Positions 1 through 9,609 of a stretch of 64,000 bases of DNA are shown here, piece after piece. The position numbers were made by a program, and so were the translations under genes. How positions within the stretch are numbered: position 1 is the first letter of the stretch; the number at the start of each line of letters is the position of its first letter. The DNA is from a virus, in the IMG/VR virus record IMGVR_UViG_3300031111_000008, positions 28,112 to 92,111 of that record, one strand, 5' to 3'. A model generated the notes under the pieces. That model searched no databases. It saw only the letters and a list, made by a program, of their open reading frames with translations, and had not been told where the DNA came from.

Positions 1-2
1 GG

Positions 3-65
3 AAGATTGCCGAAGCTGCTCGTAAAGTTGAGCAAATAACGACGGCCGACATGGGAAATACATAA
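3..65 (+). CDS. 3' end of tail assembly chaperone (gpG-like), truncated by window start
   Basis: Open frame ...KIAEAARKVEQITTADMGNT* ends at TAA 63-65 and contains slippery G GGA AAT (53-59); lies two ORFs upstream of tape measure gene. Confidence 0.7.
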   Translation, partial: KIAEAARKVEQITTADMGNT

Positions 66-481
66 GCGCCGCTGCCCTCAGAAACGTCGACGAGAAGGAA
101 GTCGTCGATGGCGGCGGATTGTTAGGACAATTGACGAGCTACCATCTCCGAATCCTTTGCGAGTGTCCAATGAACGGTGGGGGAGGATACACACCGGATG
201 AGGTTGGCATGATGTCTTTGGATCAGATTTGGTTTCGATTGGTGGATATGGACATCCTGAAAAACAAATCTGGAGGTAAGCCCAAGAAGGTTAGCCGATT
301 GGAAGCTGTGGGTAGTTTATCTCCCGACGAGAATGGTCTAGTAAAAGGGCGAGCGGCAGATGGAACTCCTTTCAAAGCTAGACTTGGAGGGAAATCCGTA
401 GCCAGACAATTGATGGAAAGAGAAGCTGCTAAGAGGGCAGCGGAATTGGCGGGCAAGAAGAAGAGAAGAAGAATGGGGTAA
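53..481 (+). CDS. tail assembly chaperone -1 frameshift extension (gpGT-like)
   Basis: -1 frame is open from GGGAAAT at 53 through ORF 119..481; GC-rich hairpin at ~68-118 just downstream of slippery site. Confidence 0.7.
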   Translation, partial: GKYISAAALRNVDEKEVVDGGGLLGQLTSYHLRILCECPMNGGGGYTPDEVGMMSLDQIWFRLVDMDILKNKSGGKPKKVSRLEAVGSLSPDENGLVKGRAADGTPFKARLGGKSVARQLMEREAAKRAAELAGKKKRRRMG

Positions 482-485
482 TTCC

Positions 486-3035
486 ATGAGTTTTGATCTG
501 GCTCAGGCGTATATCATGATCCGTGCCGACGGGTCTATGATGGTTCATGATTTCAATAAGGCCAAACCCGCCGCCGTTCGGAGTTCCAAAAAACTTGGAA
601 CCACGATGGGTCAGGTAATGAGCCGCGCCTTCGGGGCGGCTGGGGCGTTGGGTGTGGCATTGGCTTACATGAAGATAGCCAGCATGGGCGAGCAGTTTAA
701 CCGCAAAATGCGGAACTCTCTTGCCATTATGGGAGATGTCTCGTCTGCTTTGCGTGGAGACATGGCAAACGCGGCGATGGAAGCTGCCAACGTTACTCAA
801 TTCTCCACTGCCGAAACTGCAAAATCATATTTCTATTTGGCATCTGCGGGTTTGTCTGCTGCCCAATCCGTAAAAGCCATGCCTGCGGTTGCTCAGTTTG
901 CGCAGGCGGGCCTGTTTGATCTTTCGGAGGCCACTACCCTAGCGGCGGATGCGCAGGCTGCTTTGGGAATGAAGTCTAAGGATCCCCAGAAAAATATGGG
1001 AAACATGGTGAGAATTACGGACGTTCTTACCAAAGCTAATACCTTGGCCAACGCTTCTGTTCGTCAGTTTTCTCAATCTCTGACCACCAAAGCCGGTGCC
1101 GCCGCTAAGGTTGCTGGCATGCCTTTGGAAGAGGTCGTGGCTCTCCTGGCGGCCATGGCCGATCAGGGAATCAAAGCCCACGATGCCGGTACTGCCGTAA
1201 ACATTGTCTTGAGAGATTTGAAAACGAAGGCGGTTGAGAATGCAGCGGCGTTCAAGGAATTGAATGTGGCTGTGTACAATTCGGATGGTTCCTTGAGGAA
1301 CATTGCAGATATTATTGGAGACATCGAAAAAGCGATGGAAGGAGCGTCTGCTAGGGAGAAGAATTTGATTTTGAGCCATCTTGGATTTATCGACAAGTCC
1401 AAGATTTTCATTCAATCCATCATCGGCACGTCTGAGAAGATTAGGGATTTTGAAAAAGCGTTGTATGATGCTGGGGGGACGACTAGAGAAGTAGCGGATA
1501 AGCAGTTGACTCCTTTGCAAAAATCAATGGCAAAAATAGGAGTTGCGTTTACACAGGTTGGCCAAGTACTCATGCGAATTGTTGAACCAATGGCCACTGT
1601 ATTAGGTGATAATATCCAAATGATGATAAAGTTGATGGTGGCTTTGAGAGCAGCAACCATGGCTTACAAGTTGGTTGGTCTAGCTATCAAGTATGCCAAG
1701 TTTGAACAGATCGCTTTTATGGCCGTCGAGGCGGCGACAACAGTTTATGCGTCTATTGCTTCTGGAAACATTCTATTGATGAGAAAAGCTCTCTTGCAGG
1801 TTGGAGCAGCCATCGCAGTGGGTACAACTGCCTACTTGGCTATGAACAAAGCTTTTGGAGAAGGCAATACGCAAATAAAAAAGGCAGGCGAAGCTTTTGA
1901 AGAAGGCAGTACGCAAATAGAAAAGGCAGGCTCGGCAGTAAACATGCTTACTGGAGAATATGAAGATCTAAACAAACAGATGAAAAGAAACATCGAGTTG
2001 TCTAAAGAGAAGGCTTCCCTCGATAAAAATTTTAGGGCGTACCTTTTTGGACCTCGTCCAGACACTACTCCACGAGGTCTTGTTTCTCCTAAAGTTTTGC
2101 CAGAGGAAATCAAAGAATCGATGCGACGGGGCAGGGGACGGCGAAGAGAAGCCTTTAGCGATGATCGATCAAGATTGCCTGGTAGGGGTGGATTTATACC
2201 AAAAGGGGAAACTGGACCCGTAGGAAGACTCCCTTGGGAACTGGATCCCAAAACAATGGAAGCTGCTTACAAGGATCTAAAAGGAGTCATGGAGGATATG
2301 AAGACGCCAACCCAAACTTTTTTGGAGTTACAGCAAAAGCTCAACGGCATCATACAAAGAAATCCAGGATTGGTGCAGAATGTCATCAAAGTTTGGAATC
2401 AAGCTAGATCTGAGTTGACGGGCTATAAGGATATGATGCAGGGCATGTCCCATGAGTACATCAAGATGTCAACAGGTATGGGGGATTATGAATTTGAAGC
2501 TCGTCGGTTGATTGGTACATGGGGACATTTGCTTTCAGTGGGAGAAAAGTGGAGATTGTTACAAAGGGCTATCGCGCAAGATGCTTTCTTGGAAAAGAGG
2601 GAGGAAGAGGACGAAGCTGAGAGGGAAGCGGAGCAGAAGAAGAAGCAAGCGGAATCGGAAGCAGAAGCACTGGCTTCCAGGAAGGAGCAGTTTGCAAACA
2701 CATTGAAGTCGGAAAGGGATCTTGTCATGGAGGATTTTGAAAAGATCAAGTATCTGCTGAGAGAGGGAATGATCTCCCCCGAGATGGCTCAACGGGGAGT
2801 TCAGGGTCTTGCAGAAAGAATGAAATCACAAGGCCCCCAAACAACAGAAATTTCTGGCAGGATGGGATATGCGGCTTTCGCAAATTCAATCCAAGACGCC
2901 ATTCTAAAAGACGATACGCCGAAAATGACGCTTGCAGAAGCTCGAAAACACACGACCACTCTTGGTAATTTAGAAACCTTAAATACTAGGATGTTGGAAG
3001 CATTGAATAATAGAGGCGGACTGCGTGAAGAATAA
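486..3035 (+). CDS. phage tail tape measure protein
   Basis: 849 aa, Ala-rich helical; TP901-type core (FSTAETAKSYFYLASAGL, DVLTKANTLAN, DQGIKAHDAGTAV). Confidence 0.92.
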   Translation: MSFDLAQAYIMIRADGSMMVHDFNKAKPAAVRSSKKLGTTMGQVMSRAFGAAGALGVALAYMKIASMGEQFNRKMRNSLAIMGDVSSALRGDMANAAMEAANVTQFSTAETAKSYFYLASAGLSAAQSVKAMPAVAQFAQAGLFDLSEATTLAADAQAALGMKSKDPQKNMGNMVRITDVLTKANTLANASVRQFSQSLTTKAGAAAKVAGMPLEEVVALLAAMADQGIKAHDAGTAVNIVLRDLKTKAVENAAAFKELNVAVYNSDGSLRNIADIIGDIEKAMEGASAREKNLILSHLGFIDKSKIFIQSIIGTSEKIRDFEKALYDAGGTTREVADKQLTPLQKSMAKIGVAFTQVGQVLMRIVEPMATVLGDNIQMMIKLMVALRAATMAYKLVGLAIKYAKFEQIAFMAVEAATTVYASIASGNILLMRKALLQVGAAIAVGTTAYLAMNKAFGEGNTQIKKAGEAFEEGSTQIEKAGSAVNMLTGEYEDLNKQMKRNIELSKEKASLDKNFRAYLFGPRPDTTPRGLVSPKVLPEEIKESMRRGRGRRREAFSDDRSRLPGRGGFIPKGETGPVGRLPWELDPKTMEAAYKDLKGVMEDMKTPTQTFLELQQKLNGIIQRNPGLVQNVIKVWNQARSELTGYKDMMQGMSHEYIKMSTGMGDYEFEARRLIGTWGHLLSVGEKWRLLQRAIAQDAFLEKREEEDEAEREAEQKKKQAESEAEALASRKEQFANTLKSERDLVMEDFEKIKYLLREGMISPEMAQRGVQGLAERMKSQGPQTTEISGRMGYAAFANSIQDAILKDDTPKMTLAEARKHTTTLGNLETLNTRMLEALNNRGGLREE

Positions 3036-3050
3036 CAAGAAGGTACGATC

Positions 3051-4034
3051 ATGAGCGTAAATGAAGATCCAGCTTCGTGGAGACTCAAAACTCCTGGGGG
3101 CATTCCTTTCAAACTCGTGAAGCAGAACGGCGAGTTCGGAGAAGAGGATTCCCAAGCCTCCATGGAAGTGATCATCGAGGCCCGAAGGCTTAGCGATTTT
3201 ATCAATGAGGGATTTCCTTCTCCCTGTGTGATCGGATCGACCATTTACTACCCTCAGAGAAATTATTTTCCAGGCGCGCCGAGCTTGACAGTTCGGAAAA
3301 TCGCATGGGAGAATTTAACGGAAGGCAAGCCTTGCGATCCTTTCGACGCGGATTCGGAAGCTCCTGAAGGTACATACGGACAATTTTTGAAATGCACCGT
3401 TTCTTTTGGCACTTCTCCCTGGAACGATTCCGAGCCAGATTCTTCTGATCCGCTCACCTATCTGGAAGTAAGCTCCGTGGCTAGTGGGGAGTTTTTGGTT
3501 AGCGCCATTCGGGGAAGGCAGGATGCAACAATCAAACTTATTCCAGAATGGATTTTTCCTGCCCCCATTTCTGCTAGGTTGGAAAACAAGGATGTCGATA
3601 TAGGACAGCCGATAAACCAGTCGATGGTTGAGCACAATCTTCGTTGGAGCCAAATTCCGTATAGCTATTTTAATGGTGTTCTTGCTACCATTTTAAGGGA
3701 GTCAATGGGCAAGGTGAATTCTGATCCGATGTCCATTTTTAACGATGCTCCTGCTGAAACCATTATGTTTCTTGGCTACTCCCGAACAAACCAGTATACT
3801 TGGAGAAGCGGACATTCGGGAACTTCTCCAATTGCTCTCGATCTGAAGTTCTTGGAAAAGAATTTTGAAGTCGACGATCCGATTGCCACGGAAACCAGCA
3901 TTCAAGTGACTCACAACCACGTGTATCGTCCGGGCGATTCGTGGAGAAGGTTGACCATAAGGAAGGAAGGGACTGCTGTGTATAATCCTTTGTACGTTTC
4001 TTACGACCTTAACACAATTTTTGAACTTGGATAA
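3051..4034 (+). CDS. putative minor tail/distal tail protein
   Basis: 327 aa ORF directly after tape measure gene; function inferred from position only. Confidence 0.5.
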   Translation: MSVNEDPASWRLKTPGGIPFKLVKQNGEFGEEDSQASMEVIIEARRLSDFINEGFPSPCVIGSTIYYPQRNYFPGAPSLTVRKIAWENLTEGKPCDPFDADSEAPEGTYGQFLKCTVSFGTSPWNDSEPDSSDPLTYLEVSSVASGEFLVSAIRGRQDATIKLIPEWIFPAPISARLENKDVDIGQPINQSMVEHNLRWSQIPYSYFNGVLATILRESMGKVNSDPMSIFNDAPAETIMFLGYSRTNQYTWRSGHSGTSPIALDLKFLEKNFEVDDPIATETSIQVTHNHVYRPGDSWRRLTIRKEGTAVYNPLYVSYDLNTIFELG

Positions 4035-4627
4035 TGAGCAGTAAATTCCCAGAACTCCGAAAAGGGCAGATGCCGTCTAGGCAGCATTTCAACCGAATCA
4101 ATAATGCTGCCCAGCGGTTTACCAACATTTTTGACAGGAATGGAGATCTTGTTGGATATAGACTACCTCCATGGCATCAGCTTGTGTTGGAGGTTACTGA
4201 GGAGGGTGTTAATGGAGAAGACGATTGGTACTATGGAAAGATCATTTTGTATTCGTTTACGGATGACGAGTGGAAGGATGAGGAAACCCAAGAATGGTTG
4301 ATTGATGTAGGAGCATTTGGAGATAACGAGGTTCTCATCACGGGGGATCGAGTAACTTGTTTTTGGGATAGGCAGAGGGGGGCTTTCATACCAACATATT
4401 GTCCTGATATTCGATGGGCAAAGCTGAATGAAGATCTTGTTGTAGGAGGTTCTGCTGGGGTTTCTATTTATAATGGTGGTCCCACCGTTTCAGATTTGAC
4501 GGATACTGGTAGAGACATTACAGTAGGGGCTCCTCCTTTGCAAGACGATACGATAAGCAGTGGAGAGTGGGTGCTCATAGAAAAAATTGGCGGCTATTGG
4601 TGGGTAACGGGGGCACCTTGCGCATGA
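4034..4627 (+). CDS. putative tail-tip protein
   Basis: 197 aa, stop/start overlap with previous gene; positional call. Confidence 0.45.
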   Translation: MSSKFPELRKGQMPSRQHFNRINNAAQRFTNIFDRNGDLVGYRLPPWHQLVLEVTEEGVNGEDDWYYGKIILYSFTDDEWKDEETQEWLIDVGAFGDNEVLITGDRVTCFWDRQRGAFIPTYCPDIRWAKLNEDLVVGGSAGVSIYNGGPTVSDLTDTGRDITVGAPPLQDDTISSGEWVLIEKIGGYWWVTGAPCA

Positions 4628-5160
4628 GCGTTGAATCGTGGGCCAGACGTACGAGCGGGCTGTTGGTTCCGGCGATGGGATTTGCCACGGCCCGCTGGCG
4701 GTGGCAGTGTTGGGGGTGCGGGTGTTCGTCCTACAAAGATTGCAACGACTGCTACACGGGCGGGGCGTGGCCCAGTACCCTCTGGCTCGATGTTCCGGCC
4801 CCATCCAACGGCACGTGTAGCAACTGTTCATGGTACGGCCAGACATACGCGTTGTCCAAGATGTTTGACTGCTTCTACCAATTCCAGGCGTCTGGCAGCG
4901 GAGCCGGACCGTGTGGGCCTCTCTTGACCTACACGCCGACCTTGTCGATCTTCGGCGGGATGCAGATAGATGCCGGGCAATGCCAATTGGCGGTGATCAT
5001 AGGCCTCGACGACGGCGTCATAGGAGGGCCAGGCTTTGAGGCCGAGTGGCGATTGAATCTAGATGGTCCCGTCTCGCAAATTAATCACACCCTAACACTC
5101 TATGCCGCCAGCGGTGCTATTTGCGATTTCGTCGGCAGCACGGTGGACCTCTATGAGTGA
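4624..5160 (+). CDS. Cys-rich putative virion protein
   Basis: ATGA overlap at 4624; CWGCGCSSYKDCNDC, CSNC motifs. Confidence 0.45.
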   Translation: MSVESWARRTSGLLVPAMGFATARWRWQCWGCGCSSYKDCNDCYTGGAWPSTLWLDVPAPSNGTCSNCSWYGQTYALSKMFDCFYQFQASGSGAGPCGPLLTYTPTLSIFGGMQIDAGQCQLAVIIGLDDGVIGGPGFEAEWRLNLDGPVSQINHTLTLYAASGAICDFVGSTVDLYE

Positions 5161-5449
5161 CTGCCAGCCACAACCGACCGGCACGCCAGGTATCTTCCGC
5201 TGTCCAGTCTGCGGACTCCAGAATCCACGCCCGATCAAAAAACCGTTCGTTCATCAGTGCAAAAAATCTGAGCTGTTCTCAGAGCCGTGGTCCGACGAGG
5301 ATGTTACATTCATTTTAGAAGTAGTATGCCCCTCTTGTCCTGAACAGAGGTATTCCAATAAACGCTGCCATTACAGATGCAAGAAGGGAATTGAAATCAC
5401 TTTGCTTGTAGGATCGATGCAAGGAGCTTGTCCGATTTATTGTTGGTAA
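5153..5449 (+). CDS. small Cys-rich protein
   Basis: ATG 5153 overlapping previous stop; CPVC, CPSC and C-terminal ACPIYCW. Confidence 0.45.
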   Translation: MSDCQPQPTGTPGIFRCPVCGLQNPRPIKKPFVHQCKKSELFSEPWSDEDVTFILEVVCPSCPEQRYSNKRCHYRCKKGIEITLLVGSMQGACPIYCW

Positions 5450-5466
5450 AACCAAGGGAAAGCAAG

Positions 5467-6474
5467 ATGAGATCGTGCATTTATTTTGAAGAGATCCCAA
5501 ATTCTGAAATTCATACCTGCTTCAAGTTCGATAGATGTAAGCTAAAGGACGGAGATGCAGATATTCCAAGCTGTAACAAATGTAAGCAAAAGCTTCTTCT
5601 GGACGATAAAGACTTTCTGAGCAAATGGGAAGATCCCGTCCGAATTCTGGATAGGAAGAAGAACCCTACGGACAGTCTCAGAAATCTACTTGCTGGAACC
5701 CCCGCATTTCTGATTGGAGGTGGTCCTTCCTCCAACGATCTTCCTCTTGAAGAACTATCCCGGCGGGGTGTCTGGTCGATGGGGATCAACAATGTGGCAG
5801 CCCATCCCAGAATCCGTCCACAGGCTTTTGTCTGCTCGGACCCGCCGATGAAGTTCTCCCATAGCATTTGGCTAGATCCCGGCATCATGAAGTTCGTTCC
5901 CATCCCTAAGCTAAGCCGGGGGTATCGAGGGAAGGTTCGCCAAAAGACAGAAGATGGCAGTTTTGTAACTCTCGACCAGAGAACCGAGGATTGTCCCAAT
6001 GTTTGGGCTTTCAAGCGGGAGAGCTGGTTTACTCCTACCAACGATTTCTTCCTCACAGACGGCGTGTGTTGGGGAAATCACAAATCTGGGGTTGCAAAAA
6101 CGGGTAGGGAGAAGGTAGTATGTACGATGTTTCTGGGGATGAGGCTGTTGCGTTATTTGGGGTGCTCAAAGCTTTTTCTGTTGGGAGTGGATTTCCTAAT
6201 GGCTGACGGCTATGGGTATTCCTTCAATCAGGCTAGGGATGCGGACGCTTGCAATTCCAACAACGAACACTATTTGGTAGTAAACAAATGGCTTTGTGAG
6301 ATGCAGGCGGCGGGAGTCTTTGAACGGTTTGGAATGCCCGTTTATAACTGCTTTGAGAGATCGGGACTGAGGGCTTTTCCGTACGTACCTTTCGATGAGG
6401 CCGTCGATGAGTGTTGCGGAATCGTGGAAAGGGAACCCAACATTTCCCGATTTTACGAGAAAGTGGACAAATGA
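5467..6474 (+). CDS. Maf/DUF115-like (sialyltransferase-like fold) glycosyltransferase-related protein
   Basis: AFLIGGGPS, MGINN and YLGCSKLFLLGVDF motifs. Confidence 0.65.
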   Translation: MRSCIYFEEIPNSEIHTCFKFDRCKLKDGDADIPSCNKCKQKLLLDDKDFLSKWEDPVRILDRKKNPTDSLRNLLAGTPAFLIGGGPSSNDLPLEELSRRGVWSMGINNVAAHPRIRPQAFVCSDPPMKFSHSIWLDPGIMKFVPIPKLSRGYRGKVRQKTEDGSFVTLDQRTEDCPNVWAFKRESWFTPTNDFFLTDGVCWGNHKSGVAKTGREKVVCTMFLGMRLLRYLGCSKLFLLGVDFLMADGYGYSFNQARDADACNSNNEHYLVVNKWLCEMQAAGVFERFGMPVYNCFERSGLRAFPYVPFDEAVDECCGIVEREPNISRFYEKVDK

Positions 6475-6486
6475 GGAGAGTCCGAA

Positions 6487-6876
6487 ATGAAAACCGCCAA
6501 GTGGGAAGATAAGGTTTGGGGACGTGTTATGCACGTCTTTTCTTTTTGTAATGCTGCTGTCAGCTATTTGGAAGTGAAGAAGGGTTATGAGTGCAGCATT
6601 CATTATCACAAAAAGCGGGTAAACCATTTTGCTGTCATCAAGGGGAAGATTCGGATAGAAGAGTGGTTGTCAGAAGATCTTCTAGGAAAAGCAGATTGCA
6701 TAACAGAGTTGAATGAAGGAGATACCTACTCAGTTCCAATCTGCGTGAAACACCGATTTCAAGTATTGGAAAGTGGCATTGTCGTTGAGTATTACGGTCC
6801 ACACCATCCTAGCTATGATGTAAGTTTAGACGACATTGTTCGGCAGGATGAAGGTGGGAAGATGGAGGGGTTTTGA
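6487..6876 (+). CDS. cupin (sugar isomerase-like) protein
   Basis: KVWG, CSIHYHKKR and KHRF cupin motifs; GAGGAG RBS. Confidence 0.75.
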   Translation: MKTAKWEDKVWGRVMHVFSFCNAAVSYLEVKKGYECSIHYHKKRVNHFAVIKGKIRIEEWLSEDLLGKADCITELNEGDTYSVPICVKHRFQVLESGIVVEYYGPHHPSYDVSLDDIVRQDEGGKMEGF

Positions 6877-7421
6877 TGCGTCGACATACTCGCAGATTGG
6901 TTAAAATATTGACTCACTGTGGAATTGTTCCTTCCAAAGGCGCAGAGATTGGTGTTTTTATGGGGAATAATGCGGTCGGTTTGTTGGATACTTTTCCAGA
7001 TTTGCATTTAGTTCTCGTCGACAGCTACGAACTTGAGCAGCGCGGGGCTACTGTCGAAGATGTTCAGATAGTTCGCCGGATGAAACGGGTGCAGAAGAAA
7101 GCCAAAGTTCGTTTTATCGAATATGAGGACAGGATTCTTTGGAAGTACAAGCCCAGCGTAGAAGCTGCTAAGGAGATCGAGAACGAGTCGCTTGACTACG
7201 TCTTTATCGATGCTGAGCATACCTATGAAGCCGTCTCAGCAGACATCGAAGCTTGGTTGCCGAAGATCAGAAAGGATGGTAGAGGATTGATCTCGGGGCA
7301 CGATTACGTTCTTCCGAAGTACCAGGGGTTAGTCCGAGCCGTCCACGAAAGGTTTGGTGAACGAGTGAAAAACATCCGAGATGTTTGGTACATCAATCTG
7401 GACGAGTTTGACAAATGCTAA
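6876..7421 (+). CDS. class I SAM methyltransferase (Methyltransf_24-like)
   Basis: GAEIGVFMG, DYVFIDAEHTYE, GHDY. Confidence 0.85.
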   Translation: MRRHTRRLVKILTHCGIVPSKGAEIGVFMGNNAVGLLDTFPDLHLVLVDSYELEQRGATVEDVQIVRRMKRVQKKAKVRFIEYEDRILWKYKPSVEAAKEIENESLDYVFIDAEHTYEAVSADIEAWLPKIRKDGRGLISGHDYVLPKYQGLVRAVHERFGERVKNIRDVWYINLDEFDKC

Positions 7422-7558
7422 AGGTGAGATCGGGAGGTTTGATTATTGGGTATGACTACACCCCTACCTACCGTGGGCTCAAACGCGCTGTGAGAGAAGA
7501 ATTCGGAATTGTCAACGCCAATGGGGATGTTTGGTTTACGCAGAAATTAGGAAACTGA
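7415..7558 (+). pseudogene. C-terminal relic of a Methyltransf_24-like gene
   Basis: 47-aa MLKVRSGGLIIGYDY..RGLKRAVREEFG..DVWF resembles only the C-termini of ORFs 6876 and 9035. Confidence 0.7.
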
Positions 7559-7559
7559 A

Positions 7560-8351
7560 ATGAACTTTACAACAGTCTGCGGTTTGGATCGTAGACATCT
7601 GGAACAGCTTAGTCTAGTCTGGCCGACATGGAAGAAGAACAAGCCAGACATTCTCAAGAACCCAATGCTTGTTTTCTATGATTATGAACAAGTGAGCCAT
7701 GAGCAAGTTCAAGAGGTTTTGGATCATCCAAATCTGGAGATCCGTTACTGGCCAAGATGGAAAATTTTTTACGGTATAGGTGACGGCAGTAAGTGGGCAG
7801 AACCTCAGCGAGTGAAGATGCTAACGGGTTTTGTCTACATCTCAGGGCTGTTTGTAAAAACCAAATACTGGTTGAAGCTGGATACAGACGTAATCGCCCG
7901 TGATCAGCCAGATTGGATAAATCCAGACTGGTTCAAGAACGATCCTGCTATTGTTTGTCCTCCGTGGGGTTTTACTCGTCCTCCTGAGCAAATGCTTTTC
8001 ATGGACGATTGGGTAGAGCAGAACAAGAACAGGTTTCCTTTCCAAGAGATTGCTGGAAAGCCGCCTCTGGATCTTCATCCAGACCAAGGTGAGGATCGTG
8101 TGAAGCATAAGAGGATTTGCAGTTGGTGTGGCTTCTTCAAATCTTCTTTGTCTAGGACATGCTTTCAGCTGGCGCAGGCTGGGTGTGGGCCAGGATTCCT
8201 ACCGATCAATTCTCAGGATGGGTATATGTGGTATGTAGCGAAGAGGCTTGGTTTGGGAATCGAGCGTGTCAGGATGAAGAATTTGGGTTGGGAGACTTGG
8301 AGTAATAGGGGGAATCTCGTGAAAAATACAATGGAGATTATGAATGCCTAG
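7560..8351 (+). CDS. putative GT-A glycosyltransferase
   Basis: YWLKLDTDV DxD motif, late SQDG motif, cluster context. Confidence 0.6.
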   Translation: MNFTTVCGLDRRHLEQLSLVWPTWKKNKPDILKNPMLVFYDYEQVSHEQVQEVLDHPNLEIRYWPRWKIFYGIGDGSKWAEPQRVKMLTGFVYISGLFVKTKYWLKLDTDVIARDQPDWINPDWFKNDPAIVCPPWGFTRPPEQMLFMDDWVEQNKNRFPFQEIAGKPPLDLHPDQGEDRVKHKRICSWCGFFKSSLSRTCFQLAQAGCGPGFLPINSQDGYMWYVAKRLGLGIERVRMKNLGWETWSNRGNLVKNTMEIMNA

Positions 8352-9033
8352 CAGATTGATGAGAAGATCTGGTACTTCTGCCGTCCACATGAGCAAGCTG
8401 ATTGGTTGGAGACCAAAGACGGTGATTCAAGCTGGTATTGGTTTGAATTGGGAAGAGGTTGATTGTTTTATGGAGCAATGGCCCGACATCCATTTTGAAG
8501 GATTTGAACCCAATCCGTTGTTGATTCGGAAATTGAAGAAGGCTAACTATCCAGGCAACTACTATCCCTACGCCATTGGGGATGCTAAAGGGATTGGAGA
8601 ACTGCGGTATCGACGGAGACACAAAGATGGTTCGTCCCTGAACGATATTGGAGACAAGGAGGATGAACCCACCAAAACTGCTTCGGTGGAAATCGTGACC
8701 TTGGACGAGTTCTTTGCGGGCACAGTTTTTGAGCAGCCAATTCTTCTATGGTTGGATTGCGAAGGGTATGAACTGAAAGCTTTGCGCGGAGCCGAAGCTT
8801 TTCTTGAAGGCGTGGGCATGATCAATGTTGAGATGACAGGAAATCCCAATGGGGAGGGTTGGTGCAAACCTTGGGAAGTGCATCGGTTCATTGTCGATCA
8901 CGGTTTTGTTCTCCAATACATCCACACGTTTCGTAACCACCAAGGGCAGTACGACGGGCTGTACGTACGTCCTTGCATGTTCCATCTCGAATACAGCTGT
9001 TCTCCTTGCAGATGCAAAGATTGTGGGAGCTAG
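8344..9033 (+). CDS. FkbM-family methyltransferase
   Basis: GFEPNP, VTLD, LLWLDCEGYELKALRGA. Confidence 0.85.
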   Translation: MPSRLMRRSGTSAVHMSKLIGWRPKTVIQAGIGLNWEEVDCFMEQWPDIHFEGFEPNPLLIRKLKKANYPGNYYPYAIGDAKGIGELRYRRRHKDGSSLNDIGDKEDEPTKTASVEIVTLDEFFAGTVFEQPILLWLDCEGYELKALRGAEAFLEGVGMINVEMTGNPNGEGWCKPWEVHRFIVDHGFVLQYIHTFRNHQGQYDGLYVRPCMFHLEYSCSPCRCKDCGS

Positions 9034-9034
9034 A

Positions 9035-9607
9035 ATGAGAAAAAAGAAAAAGAAGATTCTTCACCATGAAGTAATCATCAAGTTCCTTCAGCGGGAAGGT
9101 TTTAAGGATGGAGACTTTGTGGGTTGTGAGGTTGGAGTGTTTACATCCAGAACTTCTGTAAATCTACTGGAAGCTTTTCCCAAACTGTTTCTGTACATGG
9201 TAGATCCTTGGGATTCTAATAATACCGAAGGATCTTTGAAAGTTCACCGCACCAAAAGGTTTATGGATACTATTTGCGAAGAGGCTTACCAAAAGACCAA
9301 GTTTGCAAGAAGCAGGCGAGAGATTATGAGGATGGTAAGTGTAGCAGCTTCGCGGGTTGTTGACGACGAATCTTTGGATTTTGTCTTCGTGGATGCTGGA
9401 CATTTTTACAAGCAGACAAAGTCCGACTTGGAAGCTTGGTGGCCAAAAGTAAAGAGTGGTGGTTTTCTCATAGGGCATGATTACAACGGACGCATGGAGA
9501 AGAATGGAATCTGGGGAGTGAAGAAGGCTGCTGATGAGTTCGCTAAGAAAAATGGAGTGGAGATAGAACTGCACGAAGCGTTGATCTTTACCACCAAGAA
9601 ACCATAA
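9035..9607 (+). CDS. class I SAM methyltransferase (Methyltransf_24-like)
   Basis: GCEVGVF, VDPW, DFVFVDAGH, KSGGFLIGHDY. Confidence 0.85.
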   Translation: MRKKKKKILHHEVIIKFLQREGFKDGDFVGCEVGVFTSRTSVNLLEAFPKLFLYMVDPWDSNNTEGSLKVHRTKRFMDTICEEAYQKTKFARSRREIMRMVSVAASRVVDDESLDFVFVDAGHFYKQTKSDLEAWWPKVKSGGFLIGHDYNGRMEKNGIWGVKKAADEFAKKNGVEIELHEALIFTTKKP

Positions 9608-9609
9608 TT

